Origin: Octopus sinensis
Lineage: Eukaryota
Reading direction: 5' to 3'
Assembly: GCF_006345805.1 (NCBI RefSeq)
Contig: NC_043008.1
Span: 30,008,001-30,072,000, forward strand
Length of the DNA: 64,000 nucleotides
Below, one piece after another: positions 27,221-41,162 of this stretch. How positions within the stretch are numbered: the first letter of the stretch is position 1; the number at the start of each line of letters is the position of its first letter. A model generated the notes under the pieces. The model did no database searches. It saw nothing but the letters and a program-made list of their open reading frames with translations, and had not been told where the DNA came from. The translations under genes and the position numbers were made by a program.

Positions 27221-27896
27221 AGTACGGAAACTGACGGAATGACACCAACATTGTGAAACCCGGGTACAGAAGTACACAAAGTGAAAAACTGAATCATTAA
27301 ATTTCAGCAACGAATAAACAAATAAATTTTTAATAAGCTGTGTGTAAACCTGAACATATATATATATATATAACCAAGGCAGTACCTTATAGAAATAATA
27401 GGGTAGGTTGCCAACTCTGCTCAATGGAGACATGAAATTCTAAAGCATAGAAAAATAAAAATCTATTGAATATAGAGTTTGCCTGTCTTGTATTCACTCA
27501 AAAATTAAAACTCTAAAATATTTTAAATAGAAGTATGTAGGCTCTTCCACTGGTGTTCTTTCTTTCTAACTGTACCTTTTAATATAAAAATAAATATTAT
27601 TTGTACTATGCTAACTTTTAATTGACTTTATAGTCAATTTAATTAACCTTACTTAAATCATATAAATTGCTAATATTTCCTAATTCTATTCTAAATTTAA
27701 TAGATAATACTATTCCTTTAATGATAATGTTCTTATACGAAACAATTGTACTAAACTACTAATCCATTCTTGTTGCTTTTTTCCTTGTTTATAATCACCC
27801 CACATTATTTATGGTTAATACCATAAAGAATTCTGGTGCATCTAAATTAAGTACCATATTCATTTGAATTCGTTTGATTCTTAATTATTTTACTGT

Positions 27897-27936
<40 letters not shown>

Positions 27937-28702
27937 TGATGCATACACATATACATACATACATACATACATACATACATACATACATACATACATACAT
28001 ACATACATAGACAGTGGTTGAACATGTGAAATAGATGGCCCGTGAGTAGCTAACTCCTAATTTCCTTTCCTCTATTCCTCGTCTCACTCTGGACTACGTT
28101 TAAGTATCCCATGAAGAATTCTGTCCAAAATGTTATACTATTGCACTATAGTTTTCCCAATGACTTCGTTTCCTTAATGCGATAAACTCTAACGTCTCTT
28201 GGAAATTTGTTGCATTATAATTGATATAGCTGTGTGTATTTGCTTTACTTTGTTTTGCTTTGCTTTGTTCTGTGTGTGTGTGTGTGTGTGTGCGTGTGTG
28301 TGCGTGTGTGTGTATGTGTGTGTGTGTGTGTGTAATGCAATCGGGGTAAATGTACAATGTTTTCATATAGGGAGACAGAGCTTTGTGTCAACGAGTTCAG
28401 AAAACGTGTATATAGATTGCAATAGAGATAAAACAGTATATAATGTATAAATACGTATTTATGTGCAACAAGTGCACTTGATTTCAAATAGGGCTCTAAT
28501 CGTATAATTCCGTATCACTGTATGAACTGACTTCGTGACGTACTAAGTTTATATAGTGCTATGGATTAACTCATTTATATGGACGTATAACTAGAGATAG
28601 ATAGATAAATAAACAAATAGATATGTAGACAGATAGATAAACATATACAAACATATATACAAACATGGGTAGATAGGTAGACCACACACTAATAGATAGA
28701 TG

Positions 28703-28734
<32 letters not shown>

Positions 28735-29125
28735 AGAAAGGCAGATAGATACACAATATACATACACACAGATATATACATTTACATACTATGTATATGA
28801 TATATGAGCGTCTGTTTGTGCATTTGCGAATGTACGTAAGTATGAAAATGTATAGAAAAAAGAATATGTGACAAGTATAGCAGTACAATGTTTTGTAGTA
28901 TCGTGTATTATATAAGGCAGAAATTTTGTGTTCAGGTGGAGTTGTATGAATATGACTATGTTGTTCATACCTTAATGGAAGGATCAGTGAAAGACCATCA
29001 CAGGTTGACGAGTGAAAACTCGATCTAGCGTGGAACGCGAATAAGCGGGCTGGAATCCGCTTATTTTTCATTGTTGTATACACGCACGCACACACACAAG
29101 TAAACGGATAAATAAATATTAAATA

Positions 29126-29181
<56 letters not shown>

Positions 29182-30254
29182 GTATGTATATGCATGTATA
29201 TATTTATATATGTGTGTATGTATAAACACACGTTTGTTGGTATGCATGCAACTTTGCATAAGTTTAATTTTGGGTTCAAGAACTCAAAACTGCACAATGC
29301 TTCGTTATTCCATGATGAGGTGGAAACACATAACTTAATATAGTGAGCTGCAGGAATTTCAAAGTCCAAATGTGAGTGAATTCCATCGGTTGGCTGTTCA
29401 GTCGACCAAAACCTTCAGACGACATTGAGGCAATAATAAATTTTTGACATTGTAAGAGGTTTGTTTGATCACCTGAAATCACAATTAGTTTAAAAGAATA
29501 TTAGATGCGTGAGTGAGTGTGTGTGTGGGTGTGTGTGTGTATGTGTGTGTGTGCGACTATGTCCGTGTGTGTGCGACTCTGTCCGTGTGTGTGTATCTGT
29601 GTTTGTGTTTTTGTGTGAGTGCGCGTGTGTCTGTGTGTGCGGCCTAGTAGTAACAGATTGTGCTTCGCAAACACTTTATGTAGATCACCTCAGGCAAATT
29701 CATTTGCTTATACATTCGGGTACACCACTGACCGGTTGCTCATGGGTCCAATAGACGGAACTGGGTGGAAAAAGGTGCGCTCTGTACCAAAGTTCAGAGT
29801 GCTCGAGATATCTGTTACAGGCTTACGCCTTTGCAGAATACTCAAGTAGTTACATTTTAATACAGTGAGAAGTTGTTCTAACAAGCAATTGGATCATTTA
29901 TCATCGACAGTAATTTTCATCGTCGAGGACAGTTCCATTTACTTTAAGGCAATAGAATATATATGAATGTAGATTCATTTCTTCTGAGAATTGAGATGAT
30001 ATATCAACCTATAGATTATGTATGCGTGACTAATATATAAATATGTACGATAAAAATAACTCAAGGTGTATCATTACACCATCTGATTAGATGCCTTGCG
30101 TAGTATAGTTACGTCAGTTTACCTTTTAAATTCAAATCCCGCTGTGAACGTAAACTGTTATCAAATTGGCTCGGTAACATACGTATTAATCAAACGTCGG
30201 TGCGCAGTATAATTGGCTATTCAAACGTTTGTGTGTCACACAGCAGCAATGTTA

Positions 30255-30440
30255 AATATCAGTTTCAAATTTAAGCAAAAAGCCAGCAATTTCAAGAGAG
30301 GATTAAGTTGATTGCATCGATTAAGTGATTGCCTCACCGAAACGTATAAAAGCAGTGTCGGCCTCGCCAGCATTTGAGATTTGAACGTAGACGGATACAA
30401 TGTAGCTACATATTTTGCCCAGCGTCCCAGTTCGCCACCT
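30255..30440 (-). mobile_element. Degenerate SINE family B copy
   Basis: Reverse complement begins AAGGTGGCGAACTGGGACGCTGGGCAAAATATG...GTTCAAATCTCAAATGCTGGCGAGGCCGAC, colinear with 22499-22690. Confidence 0.55.
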
Positions 30441-30789
30441 TACTCCAGTGTTAGATATCGATACCATTTATTCATTAAATAGATACTGGACAATAATCTT
30501 AGCCTTTTTGCGTAAGATATAGTGTTCCTATCCATGGCTTCGTTCCTGCACTTGTGACGCTTCATCTTCCAATAGGAGGTGGAAATTTCAGTGAAGGTCT
30601 TTTTTGTTATGAGGAACAAAACTGGCATCAGCGTGTGGTCAATGATGTGTCAAAATGTCGGCGTCGGACGCCGCAACACGATGGCCTCTAATTTGAATGC
30701 ATGGGTCCGTTTGTTGTAACCTAACGAATGAAATAAATATGTTACCAAATTTTGAAAAAGTTTAGCTCAACTCAATATTATTCAAAAGT

Positions 30790-30930
30790 TTCAATTTTCG
30801 CCGAGGCTGACTTTGCCTTTCATCAATTTGAGGTCGATAAATTAAGTACCAGTTGCGTACTGGGGTTAATCTAATCGACTGGCCCACTCCCCCAACATTT
30901 CGGGCTTTGTGCCTAGAGTAGAAAAGAAAA
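30790..30930 (+). mobile_element. SINE family B fragment (core plus 3' part)
   Basis: CGCCGAGGCTGACTTTGCCTTTCATCAATTTGAGGTCGATAAATTAAGTACCAGTTGCGTACTGGGGTTAATCTAATCGACTGGCCC...GTGCCTAGAGTAGAAAAG. Confidence 0.75.
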
Positions 30931-32090
30931 GAATATTATTCAAAATTTGTACGCGATTCAATAACATTCATTTTATTCCTCTTTTAAATTGTTGAAATAG
31001 ATTCTAATAACACTCGTCAGTATGCATTTCAGTCTGCTTAGCCATTAGTGCGCATAGTCGTTTTTTTAGGACCAGGATTATATGCCTGTATTTTTCTGAG
31101 ATGTCTTTAGTTAGTCGTCAAGACTGGAGTGTCTTTCAAATATTGTAATATTTTTTTATACATGTAGTATCAGATAAAGTTGTATAATAAAAGATTTTTG
31201 GTAATAAATTTAATAAAAACATTTTGGCACTTATGGTTTAATATGTGATCAGTACAATGCCATGTACCAAAGTAGTTTTTAACATAGTCTAGCAACTTCG
31301 TTGCACACACTTATTCTGGAAGGGTGCAAGTTAACGTGCCCGGTTATACGACATATTAAATAAAATTTGTGTATGCCTTGGAAACATTCATCAACAATAA
31401 TTACGGGAAAAAATATATGCATTGTAATATATTTTTCACTTTTATTAATATGCGTCTATTGATGTTATTTCATATTTATATATGGATATTTTTGTTGTTC
31501 CTATTTACTCGTTTAAGTATGTTTTAGCATCTATTCCTGCAGGGAGACAATTAGATAAGATTATCGTTCAGGTGGAAGCAACGAGAACAAAGATATAAAT
31601 TGAATTTATCTCAATTTAATTTAAATATGATTGGCATTGGTGATCGTTTCGCTTTAAAGGAGAATAAAAGTAAAAATTTATCGTTTGGGCTGTACGTTAT
31701 TGAAACTACCTTCATATTATAGTAACTCAAATGCTATCAAGATAAATTTGTTTTATATCATTTATTTATTTATTATATTTATATTTATTTATTTATTCAT
31801 TGATTATCTATTTTATATGAGTTATTAAAGCCCGATTCAGCGAAATATGATATACAAGGTTTAGATGCTAGAGAATGGTTTCATAGCTGCTGGTCTATTT
31901 GGTTTAATATAAGCTTAATTGCATTGTAAATTTTTGAAATTGTGTTTTACTCATAATGCAAGCTGCTCGATCATTTTCCTAGTAGAATTCAGCATTCTAC
32001 GTGTATGTGTGTTAGAGTGTGCATGTCTATATATGTATCTTTGGCTATACATACATATATATATATTTATTTATACATATATATATATAT

Positions 32091-32133
<43 letters not shown>

Positions 32134-32467
32134 TATATATATATATACACACACACATATATATATACATATATATACATATATACGCGCGCACACACAC
32201 GTATATGCATGTATGTATATATGTATAGCTTTATGTTCTTCATGTTAAAAGTAAATATACAAACGTATCAGTTGAAACAATACTGTACAAACTTCATTAT
32301 CATTATGTTCTAGTAAATTGCTTTGAACAATTTTCAACCAACTCAAATTAAGCTAATGGATATTCACAAATATCTGATCGTGTAACGTTTTTGAAGCATT
32401 TAAATAACTGATTTATTAAGGAATCACCCTTCCATCAGTGCGTATGGTTTATACTTTGTTTGGTCAG

Positions 32468-32513
32468 GAAGAAGATTGTCTTGTCAATGATTTTCTCGTA
32501 CCCTCTGAAGCGT
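32468..32513 (+). CDS. Candidate 46-nt internal exon of an unidentified gene
   Basis: Acceptor TTTATACTTTGTTTGGTCAG|G and donor CGT|GTAAGA. Two frames are open (EEDCLVNDFLVPSEA / KKIVLSMIFSYPLKR), and both are phase-compatible with 36280-36343. Confidence 0.3.
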
Positions 32514-34249
32514 GTAAGAATGACGCATTTTGCGTTTTGCCTAGCAGTTTGAAATTGAGAGCTTAGTAGCTATTTCAAAGCTTGAGTCTTTAAACAATGT
32601 ATGAAAGAAAGGAGGGACTGCCTATGAGGGCTAAAACATAACAATTTATAGGAGATGAAGTCACATTTAAGGTGTACAAATATTACAAATGAATGAGACA
32701 GTACATATTTTGTATAATGTACGAAGTGGATTTATGAGTGTCATCATGCGTCTGTATGTAGCATCAGCATCATTATTGATATGGAAGACTTACTTTATTG
32801 GTAGTCTTACCATTGTTTTGTAGCGATACAATAATTTTTCTGTTTCTGAAGAGAAGCAATTTCTGTTTCTGAAGAGAAAAACAATTTCTGAAGAGAAAAG
32901 TTAGTCTTTCGAATTGCGACGTTGAAAATATGCAATTGACAGAGAGACCATCAGCCTCATCGAGATTTCACAGGTCTAACATTCTAGTTACATTCTATTC
33001 GTGTTTCGTGAATGTGGGGTTTAACGATACATGCTTGTTGTGTGAATATGGCTGACATGTTTCTATAATTAATTTTTGTGTGCCTCAGGTTTCTTCCTAG
33101 TGGAAATATATAATACGATTATTTTGTAAAAATCTAATGTCAGAGGTCGCTTACATCTAGTGCGATAACAAATGCCTTCACTTAATCTTCTCCCTTGATT
33201 CTTCTATAATTTTCGTTTACTAAGTGTTGATCTCTGAAAAACGTAAATCCTTTTTGTTTTTCTATGATCTGGTACTCACATTTACATGTACCAGAAATGA
33301 GATGCAATTATTGCTATCAAGATCGAAAAACGTCTGGAGATCTCCACACACTTCCAAATATCAGACTTATTCCCCACAGCATTACATATTCCATTAATTT
33401 TAGTTAATTAAGTGTTCAGGATTGTCATTCCTGTCTTTTGTTTTTTTTTCTACCATTAGCCATTAAGATAATGATCGATCTTATCACTGAAGGTGCAATT
33501 TTAATTAATTAAAATATCTTGGTTTCCTATATTCTATATGCTAGTGACCATTTCACTGTGTATATATCATTCAAATACATAGAAATGTTTCACAAGCGTA
33601 TCTAACGAGATACAGAGAAAAATATTCCAATTTAATCAAAGACACTGTTAACTCCAAATCTAGATTGAGAATGTATCAATTACGTTTCTGTATTTTGGTT
33701 ATAATAAAAACAAATCACAGACGACGTGGAAAATTTCGCGTTGCCTGGAATAAGAAAACCGTTATATATCATTCTGACACATCCCTTAATGTGATGTGAA
33801 ATTACTTGTAATTAATTTGAATTAAGTATCAATCAAAAACTTATCAACTCTGATCTGAAAGATGAAACAGGAAACTAAAACTAAATTGTCAGTTATGATG
33901 TCAATATGGTGAGGCTAATTTAACTTGAAACACTAATATAATCATCTACGACAACATAAGATATAATGAGGTGAACACCGTAAAGCAAGTTCAGTGTTGT
34001 GTCATATAAGGGGACAACCTTAATCACAAACTGATCAGCTTAGCTTTTAAGTTAATGAAAATATTCCTATTCACAGAAATATTTTTCGTTTTCACTAACA
34101 TTATTCAAGATATGAATATTGCCTCAAATTCAAGTGTTTAAAGTATCTATAATTAAGCATTGTCTGCAAATATTTTTTTTAAAATTTCTATTTCATTCAA
34201 TCAAGTATCATTAATAAATAGTCTATGCTTTGTAAATAATATCCTATAG

Positions 34250-34440
34250 AATTGGTATCAAAATTTGGCACACGACCAAGCAGTTTTGTGGGAAGAGAAA
34301 AAATCAATTCCATCGAACCCAGTTCACCACTGATACTTAATCAATCGCCCACAAAAGGATGAAAGGTAAATTCTACACCGGCGCTATTTCATCTCAAAAA
34401 GAAAGAAGGAAAAATGCCGCGATGCATTTTATTCGGTGCA
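34250..34440 (-). mobile_element. Degenerate SINE family B copy
   Basis: Plus strand shows AAAATTTGGCACACGACCAAGCAG...CTGATACTTAATCAATCG...AAAAGGATGAAAGGTAAA, the reverse complement of the family B core. Confidence 0.55.
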
Positions 34441-36279
34441 GTAACTACTCTCTCAGTTCGTCACCCATGTAGAATTGTTGAAATTACATCATGTATCGCA
34501 TTGAAAACATGCTACCTTCTAATCTGGATCTGCACTCTTGCTGGGATGATATAATGGGAGAATAATAATAAATGCCTTGTTAGGTTAAAACCCGATGTTT
34601 AAGAACGCATATAGCAATAACTCTATAATACATCGAATGGCAGCGACCGTATTAATACCATGATGTAATATTTATCCCCACTTAAATTGTTAAAAGAAAC
34701 TATACTGCGGTAGATTCCATGAGAGAAACTCTCATATTATTTCATATGCATTCTTTTTTATATCACTAACGGGAGCTAAATCTCTGCCGTCCCAAGCGCT
34801 GAGATGGCCAGATCTTGTGATTTCGGTATTAATATTGCCTCTGTCGCTAATACGCATATATTTTTTCTAACAAGCTCTGGCTAATCGCGACACCAGTGCC
34901 TGTTCTGGTACTTTTTTCTATATATCGCTAGCAGGGAGATGAGTCACAACTATCTCTAGCAGTCATTCAGTGACACCACCTCGGAAAATCGAAATCACTT
35001 CATTTGTCGGTCTCGATGCTGAGGGTAGCGGGGATTTATCCCCTTGATAGCAGTATAAGAGTGGATTTTGCACCAAAAGATACAATGAGAGAAACTCATG
35101 TTATCTGCTGCAATATAGTTTGTTCTAACATAACATCCCTTTTTAAATGGGGATAAATATTACCTCTGTGTCTAATACTTATGGTTATGGTATTGGTTAT
35201 GATGGTAACAATGAAAATTACAATGATGTTTAAGGAGTTAGATAAGGAAGGAAACGATGCAGTTGTAACTTCTAATACTAATGAAGAAACAGGAAGACTG
35301 AGGAAGATGATCTAGTGATGCAACAAAATATAAAAAGGAGTAACGCTGAGCTTGTTAATCTTGCTGAGAGGGATATAAATCTGTAGTATTTGTAACTATA
35401 GTTAATTATTTCTTCCCAGAATTTCGTGTATCATTAGGCAGTTCTCATTCAATTTTCCTGCTTAGTTGTGAGTTCTATTTTAATTCTAATGTCTGTTAAC
35501 AGCCACATGTATGAACGATGATCTTCATTTTCCTTTCTTCCTGATTATCGTAATGTTGTTTTATTCTTATCAATTATCACACTACCACAGCAGGTTATCA
35601 ATCATCTCAATCCATCGTTATAGACGATGTTCTATATAAAACATCTTTGTTTCTCATATGATCAAGGTATACGAAATTTTCACAATTTTCCTCGGACATC
35701 CTTAAATGTTTACACAATTTGTCAGTTTACTCCAATGTTCACTTTGAGTATAGTGGCCTTTGTAGTCTGATGGTGTTGAACAGCTGGCTTTAATGTTTCT
35801 TTCCAGAGGATTTATCATTAGATTTTGTACGTTCGTTGAAATATCGATATCACTATTCTTATTCTGCATCTCCTATTGCTTTCGGCATCCCCATCATCTT
35901 ACAGAACGCTTCCAGTTTATGCGTGGCATGTTTCACATGTTAGGTAGTTTATTATCTAACCATAAAGTTGGTGGCTGCTGGAACTTGCTTCACCTTGATG
36001 CCCTTTGTCTTCTCTGCATTTATTCCTTGTCCGACTGTTTGAGTATATAATGTCCAAATCAGGAATATCATTGAGTTAATAATGATAATAACAATAATAA
36101 TAACGACAGTAACACAACATTAGTTTTAATAGTAGTGAGTTAGAGCTCATCATATTTGTTTCATTGAAATGAAGATGTGTGTGTGTCGGAGGTGGGTTAA
36201 GAAGGAATTAATAATGATGAGGATGTTGATGGTTAGTATAATAATGTTACTTACAATATATTTGCTTTATATTTTCCAG

Positions 36280-36343
36280 GTTGTTGTTGTAATCATGAGG
36301 CTCAACACGATGATGATGTCCGGCATACAATGTTACTACGTAG
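36280..36343 (+). CDS. Candidate 64-nt internal exon of an unidentified gene
   Basis: Strong acceptor ATATTTGCTTTATATTTTCCAG|G and strong donor TAG|GTAAGA. Open frames are xCCCNHEAQHDDDVRHTMLLR or VVVVIMRLNTMMMSGIQCYYV. No homolog recognised. Confidence 0.4.
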
Positions 36344-36441
36344 GTAAGACAACCCTACTTGATCGACAAGAATATTCGGATCTATTCCCATTGCTGATAT
36401 AGTGTGACATACAGAAAGAAAATTAACTCAGCACTTATATA

Positions 36442-36512
<71 letters not shown>

Positions 36513-37101
36513 ATATCTGCGAAAAAAACATGGTTTCAAACACACCCATATCTTTCTGTTTACCCTCCTCTGCTCATTTCATTAAATCATTATCCCTTAC
36601 TATGATATCTAATATATTTTCTTAGTGAAAACATCGCACTTACTCCAATGCTTTTTTCTTTCATATATTTTACTTCATTTTATCAGAGTTTTTCTGATTA
36701 TTTTATACCATTAATATGGTTTATTTCATATTTTATGAAAAAACTGCATACAATAAGATGAAAATAAAACATATACCCGCCCGATATTTGGAAGTATCAA
36801 TCAACTTTAAACAGCAAAGTAGATTATTTTCCTCATAAACACAATATCGATTCTCTGAAAACTGAATGTTTCAGAAATGTTATCACACAAATATTTAATA
36901 TGCAATTAAATTTTTAGAACATACCGAACCCCGACCTTATATACTCAAAAGTATACAAATCAGAAACCATACAGTGGTTTACGTTAAAATAACAAGTAAT
37001 AAGCGAAAAAACTGATAAATTCATGATAAATTCATGCTTTGCAATTAATAATTAGGGCTTGATTATTTTTCATCCTCCCATTCACTATCGTGGTTATTTA
37101 A

Positions 37102-37184
<83 letters not shown>
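37102..37184. repeat. (TTA)n trinucleotide microsatellite
   Basis: Near-perfect TTA run with one TAG interruption. Confidence 0.95.
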
Positions 37185-37185
<1 letters not shown>

Positions 37186-38350
37186 CAAAGCTGCCCACTG
37201 TCATCCCGCTGCAAAATGTAGCGAAAAATCATCAATACATGTATGTATATATACATATATGAAATTTCATATTTATGATATGCATAATATGTATATATAC
37301 TGTCAATGAAGTTACATATAACACACACACACACACACCACAGAATAAATATAACTATAATATCGCAGTCCTCTACACCAAAAATCTCTCCCACTCACTT
37401 TCCTGTTTTCTCCTTATCTAGTCCTGTATTTACACATCACTCTCTCGTCTGTATATAACCTAACCTACAATCTCCCCTCCATCCTTTCTTTCCCCACCGT
37501 CAATCATTTCCTCTTTGTTGCTTAAATTGTGTATAGTGCATGTCGTTGCAGGCGGCAGCGACAGAAAACACTGGAAAAAGAGATAGTGTATCATTATTAT
37601 CATTATCACCACACTTTCTTGTAACAGCATCATCGTCATCAACATTAACGTCGTCATCAAAGTTAATGCTATCACCACAATAATCATCATCATCATCATC
37701 TTCACCCTTAGCATTAACTTCATCTTCCTCTACCTCCTCATAATCAGCCATCAGCACAACTGTCACAACTATCACAAACGATTCCAGGGAATGTTACTAC
37801 TATAAACACGACAACAACAATTGATAATATTATTGCAATGATGTTACCATTATTACTAAGACGGTTACGTCTACTTTTACCACACCTTCCTTGAAACTTT
37901 TCTCCAAATACGAACATTTGAGAGACAGAGGGCGAATATAAAGAGTGGTAGTCAGAGGGTGAGAAAGACAGACAAAATAAAGGGGGAAAAGGAGTAAAAA
38001 AAAGACACAATAAAATCATTGTGCTATACAATAATGTTGACCAGATTCGCAAACGGACACCATCATGTCACATGTGCAAAAGTGGCATCGTTAATACAAA
38101 TGGTTTTAATTGGATTTTCATCAGGTAAGTCGCATGTAAAATGAAACATCCCAACTTTCTTTAACATAACTTGCTACTTTTTCATTTGCTACTGTCTTTT
38201 CAAGTTCACATGACGTATTCCACATTTTAAAAGTTTTATGATGTTTTATGATTTTATATATATTGATGCATTCAAATTTCCTATACATACACACGTATAC
38301 ATATTTCTATCATACACATATGCTTATATGTGTCTGTATGTATGTATGCA

Positions 38351-38384
<34 letters not shown>

Positions 38385-38393
<9 letters not shown>

Positions 38394-38750
38394 GTATATG
38401 TATATATATATACACGTATATGTATATATATATACACGTATATGTATATATATATATATATACGTATATGTATATAATATATATATACGTATATGTATAT
38501 ATATATACACGTATATGTATATATATATATATACACGTATATGTATATATATATACACGTATATGTATATATATATATATATACACGTATATGTATATAT
38601 ATATATATACACGTATATGTATATATATATACATATATATATATATTATATATACACGTATATGTATATATATATATACACACGTATATGTATATATATA
38701 TATATACACGTATATGTGTATATATATATATACACGTATATGTATATATG
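38385..38750. repeat. Compound minisatellite: (TA)n-CACGTATATG unit, 14 copies
   Basis: ACGTATATG counted 14 times between 38392 and 38742, mostly 22-28 nt apart, separated by variable (TA)n. Confidence 0.9.
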
Positions 38751-38825
38751 TATACAGAGATTCATGCTTATATATATACACATGTATATATATAAATATA
38801 TATATATATATGTAAATATATATAT

Positions 38826-38880
<55 letters not shown>

Positions 38881-39181
38881 GGTATGTTTACTACAATATA
38901 TGCATGTGCGTGTATAATCGATAATACAGATTGCATTAGATGGATGAGATAAATGAATAGACGAAACAAATACTCCACTAATTTGGGTATGCATCTACTT
39001 TCAGTTAATATAATGATATATTTTGATATTTGTTACTACACTGATACCTACCCTTGCATTTATCTATATATGTATGCATGTGTGTGTATTTATGCATGTA
39101 TATATATATATATATATATACATACATATATATATTAATGCCTATGTAATAGAATACTTATTGTGTAAAAATGTGCTTATG

Positions 39182-39239
<58 letters not shown>

Positions 39240-39696
39240 CATACACACATATATATACATAAAATATATAATGTACATATTTATATATATACATACATAT
39301 TTATATGTAACACATTATATGCGTGTGTGTGTGTGTGTGTGTAAGAACGAATACTCATATACATAATTACAAAAATATACATGTATTCTTCATATTCAAG
39401 TAGATTAATATTTTGTTGTTTTCTGTATGATATATTTCTCATTGTTGTAAGTTCTTCCCTCCTCAACGTTTGCGTCTATAGACTTTGGAGCTGGCGTCGA
39501 TAGGTGATTGTGGTATTTTTGTTTCAATTTATGCTTTTGATTCTGTTTCTTTTAAGGTTGATATTGATTGTTCGCTACTACTGCAACTTTATTGATAAAC
39601 GCAATATTTAAGTTAAGCTTACACACACACATACGCACACATACACACACATATACAGATATATACGTATATTGATATACATACATATAGACACGA

Positions 39697-39728
<32 letters not shown>

Positions 39729-39826
39729 ACAATATATACATATACACACATATATATACATATATGAATATATATATATATGTAAATATATATATAAATA
39801 TAATATATATATATTATATATATATA

Positions 39827-39857
<31 letters not shown>

Positions 39858-39984
39858 GATATATATATATATATGTGTGTGTGTATGTATGTATGTTTGT
39901 ATAGTGAGATTGTCGAATAAATATGAAAAAATATATTGCACCACAATGCAAAGTCACTTATATATATATTTCATCATTAATCTA

Positions 39985-40310
39985 TTACTTGTTTCAATCA
40001 TTAGACTGCGTTCATACTGAAGCACAGCCTTGCAAATTTCTTAGTCGAACGAATCGACATCAGTATATTTGACACCGTCTAATACTTATTATATCGTTCA
40101 TTTTTGCTGGAACGCTAAGTATTTATGTGTGTGTGTGCTTGTGTTTATCTCCTCACCATTCCTTGACAACCGATGTTTATGTCCCTCTTACTTAGCAATT
40201 CGGCAGAAGAGACCAATATATTAAGTGCTAGACTTACAAAGAACAAGTTCTGGGTTCGATTTCTTCGATTAGATCCCAATAAGTCGGTGCCACATCATGG
40301 CCACAATTTC
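39985..40310. mobile_element. Two oppositely oriented 3' fragments of SINE family A (about 39985-40110 minus, 40125-40310 plus)
   Basis: Minus: TGTTTCAATCATTAGACTGCG...AGTCGAACGAATCGAC. Plus: CTTGACAACCGATG...CTTAGCAATTCGGCAGAAGAGACC...GGTGCCACATCATGGCCACA. Confidence 0.6.
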
Positions 40311-41105
40311 GTACTTTTACAGGGCAGGAATTCTAATTGTGAGATTTCGTTTCAAATAATTTAACAATGGAAATTCAAAGCCTGCTAAAGTTTTGGATCA
40401 ATTGCTAAATGAATATTTCGTCGACTTACACAAAAATGGTTCAGTATTTTCTGGCAATATGAAATGTTTTTTCTATTGGTTGATGCTAACTATTACAATT
40501 TATTTTCATCATAATGTTCTTAAAAAATTCATCTCCATTCTGTACAACATCAGTTCTAACATCTAATGGTTGTTCACTATAAACACAAACAAAAGACAAT
40601 TCTAGGTTCTTTTGGTATAGTTAACCCAAAGATTATATCATGAATTGTATACTTCCTAAGTTTGAAGACAATAAGCTATATTTTGTTTTTCAAATGTTTC
40701 TACTCTTATTTTGATACCTGCATCAAAGACATGAACTTTTTTTGGGGATTATTTTTGTGTTGTAAAATCGATTGCTAGAGATGAAACAGTCGGGTAATTA
40801 ACAAAAAGTTATACATAAATATTTTAGTTCCTTATCATAAAACACATTTTGCCAACGGCAATAGAATCACAGCCAGACATACAATACATATCGATTCGAT
40901 GAATTAAAATCTTTCCACAAAAATATTGAACTTTTGCATGGCCAAACAAAATTATGTTCTATTTTCACGGAGACGAAAATATTTTTCGTGAAATTTTACT
41001 ATCCGTTTCAAACATCACATAGGCAGTAATATGAAAACATAGCAGATATACACGTACACTAATTATGTCTTAGAAATTAATAACGTGTAAATAAATACAC
41101 ACAAA

Positions 41106-41160
<55 letters not shown>

Positions 41161-41162
<2 letters not shown>

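Noticed and set aside
32838-32899. Three copies of TTCTGAAGAGAA containing CTGAAGA
   Set aside because: Simple local tandem duplication with no stem II-GAAA.
36280-36343. SYPLK...MMMSG resemblance to the ADP/ATP carrier signature
   Set aside because: It lacks the RRRMMM and Px[DE]xx[KR] motifs and the spacing is wrong; coincidence.
29276-36393. Minus-strand exon chain (MGIDPNILVDQVGLSYLRSNI; GYEKIIDKTIFFLTKQ; GDQTNLLQCQKFIIASMSSEGFGR) faintly like alpha/alpha-toroid repeats
   Set aside because: Donors are weak, phases do not join, an intervening candidate (33147-33225) has stops in all frames, and two pieces overlap stronger + strand candidates.
38385-38750. Regularly spaced repeat resembling a CRISPR array (also the 30-bp repeat at 53360-53443)
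   Set aside because: Spacers are only (TA)n or absent, repeats are too short, no cas genes are present, and the context is eukaryotic.
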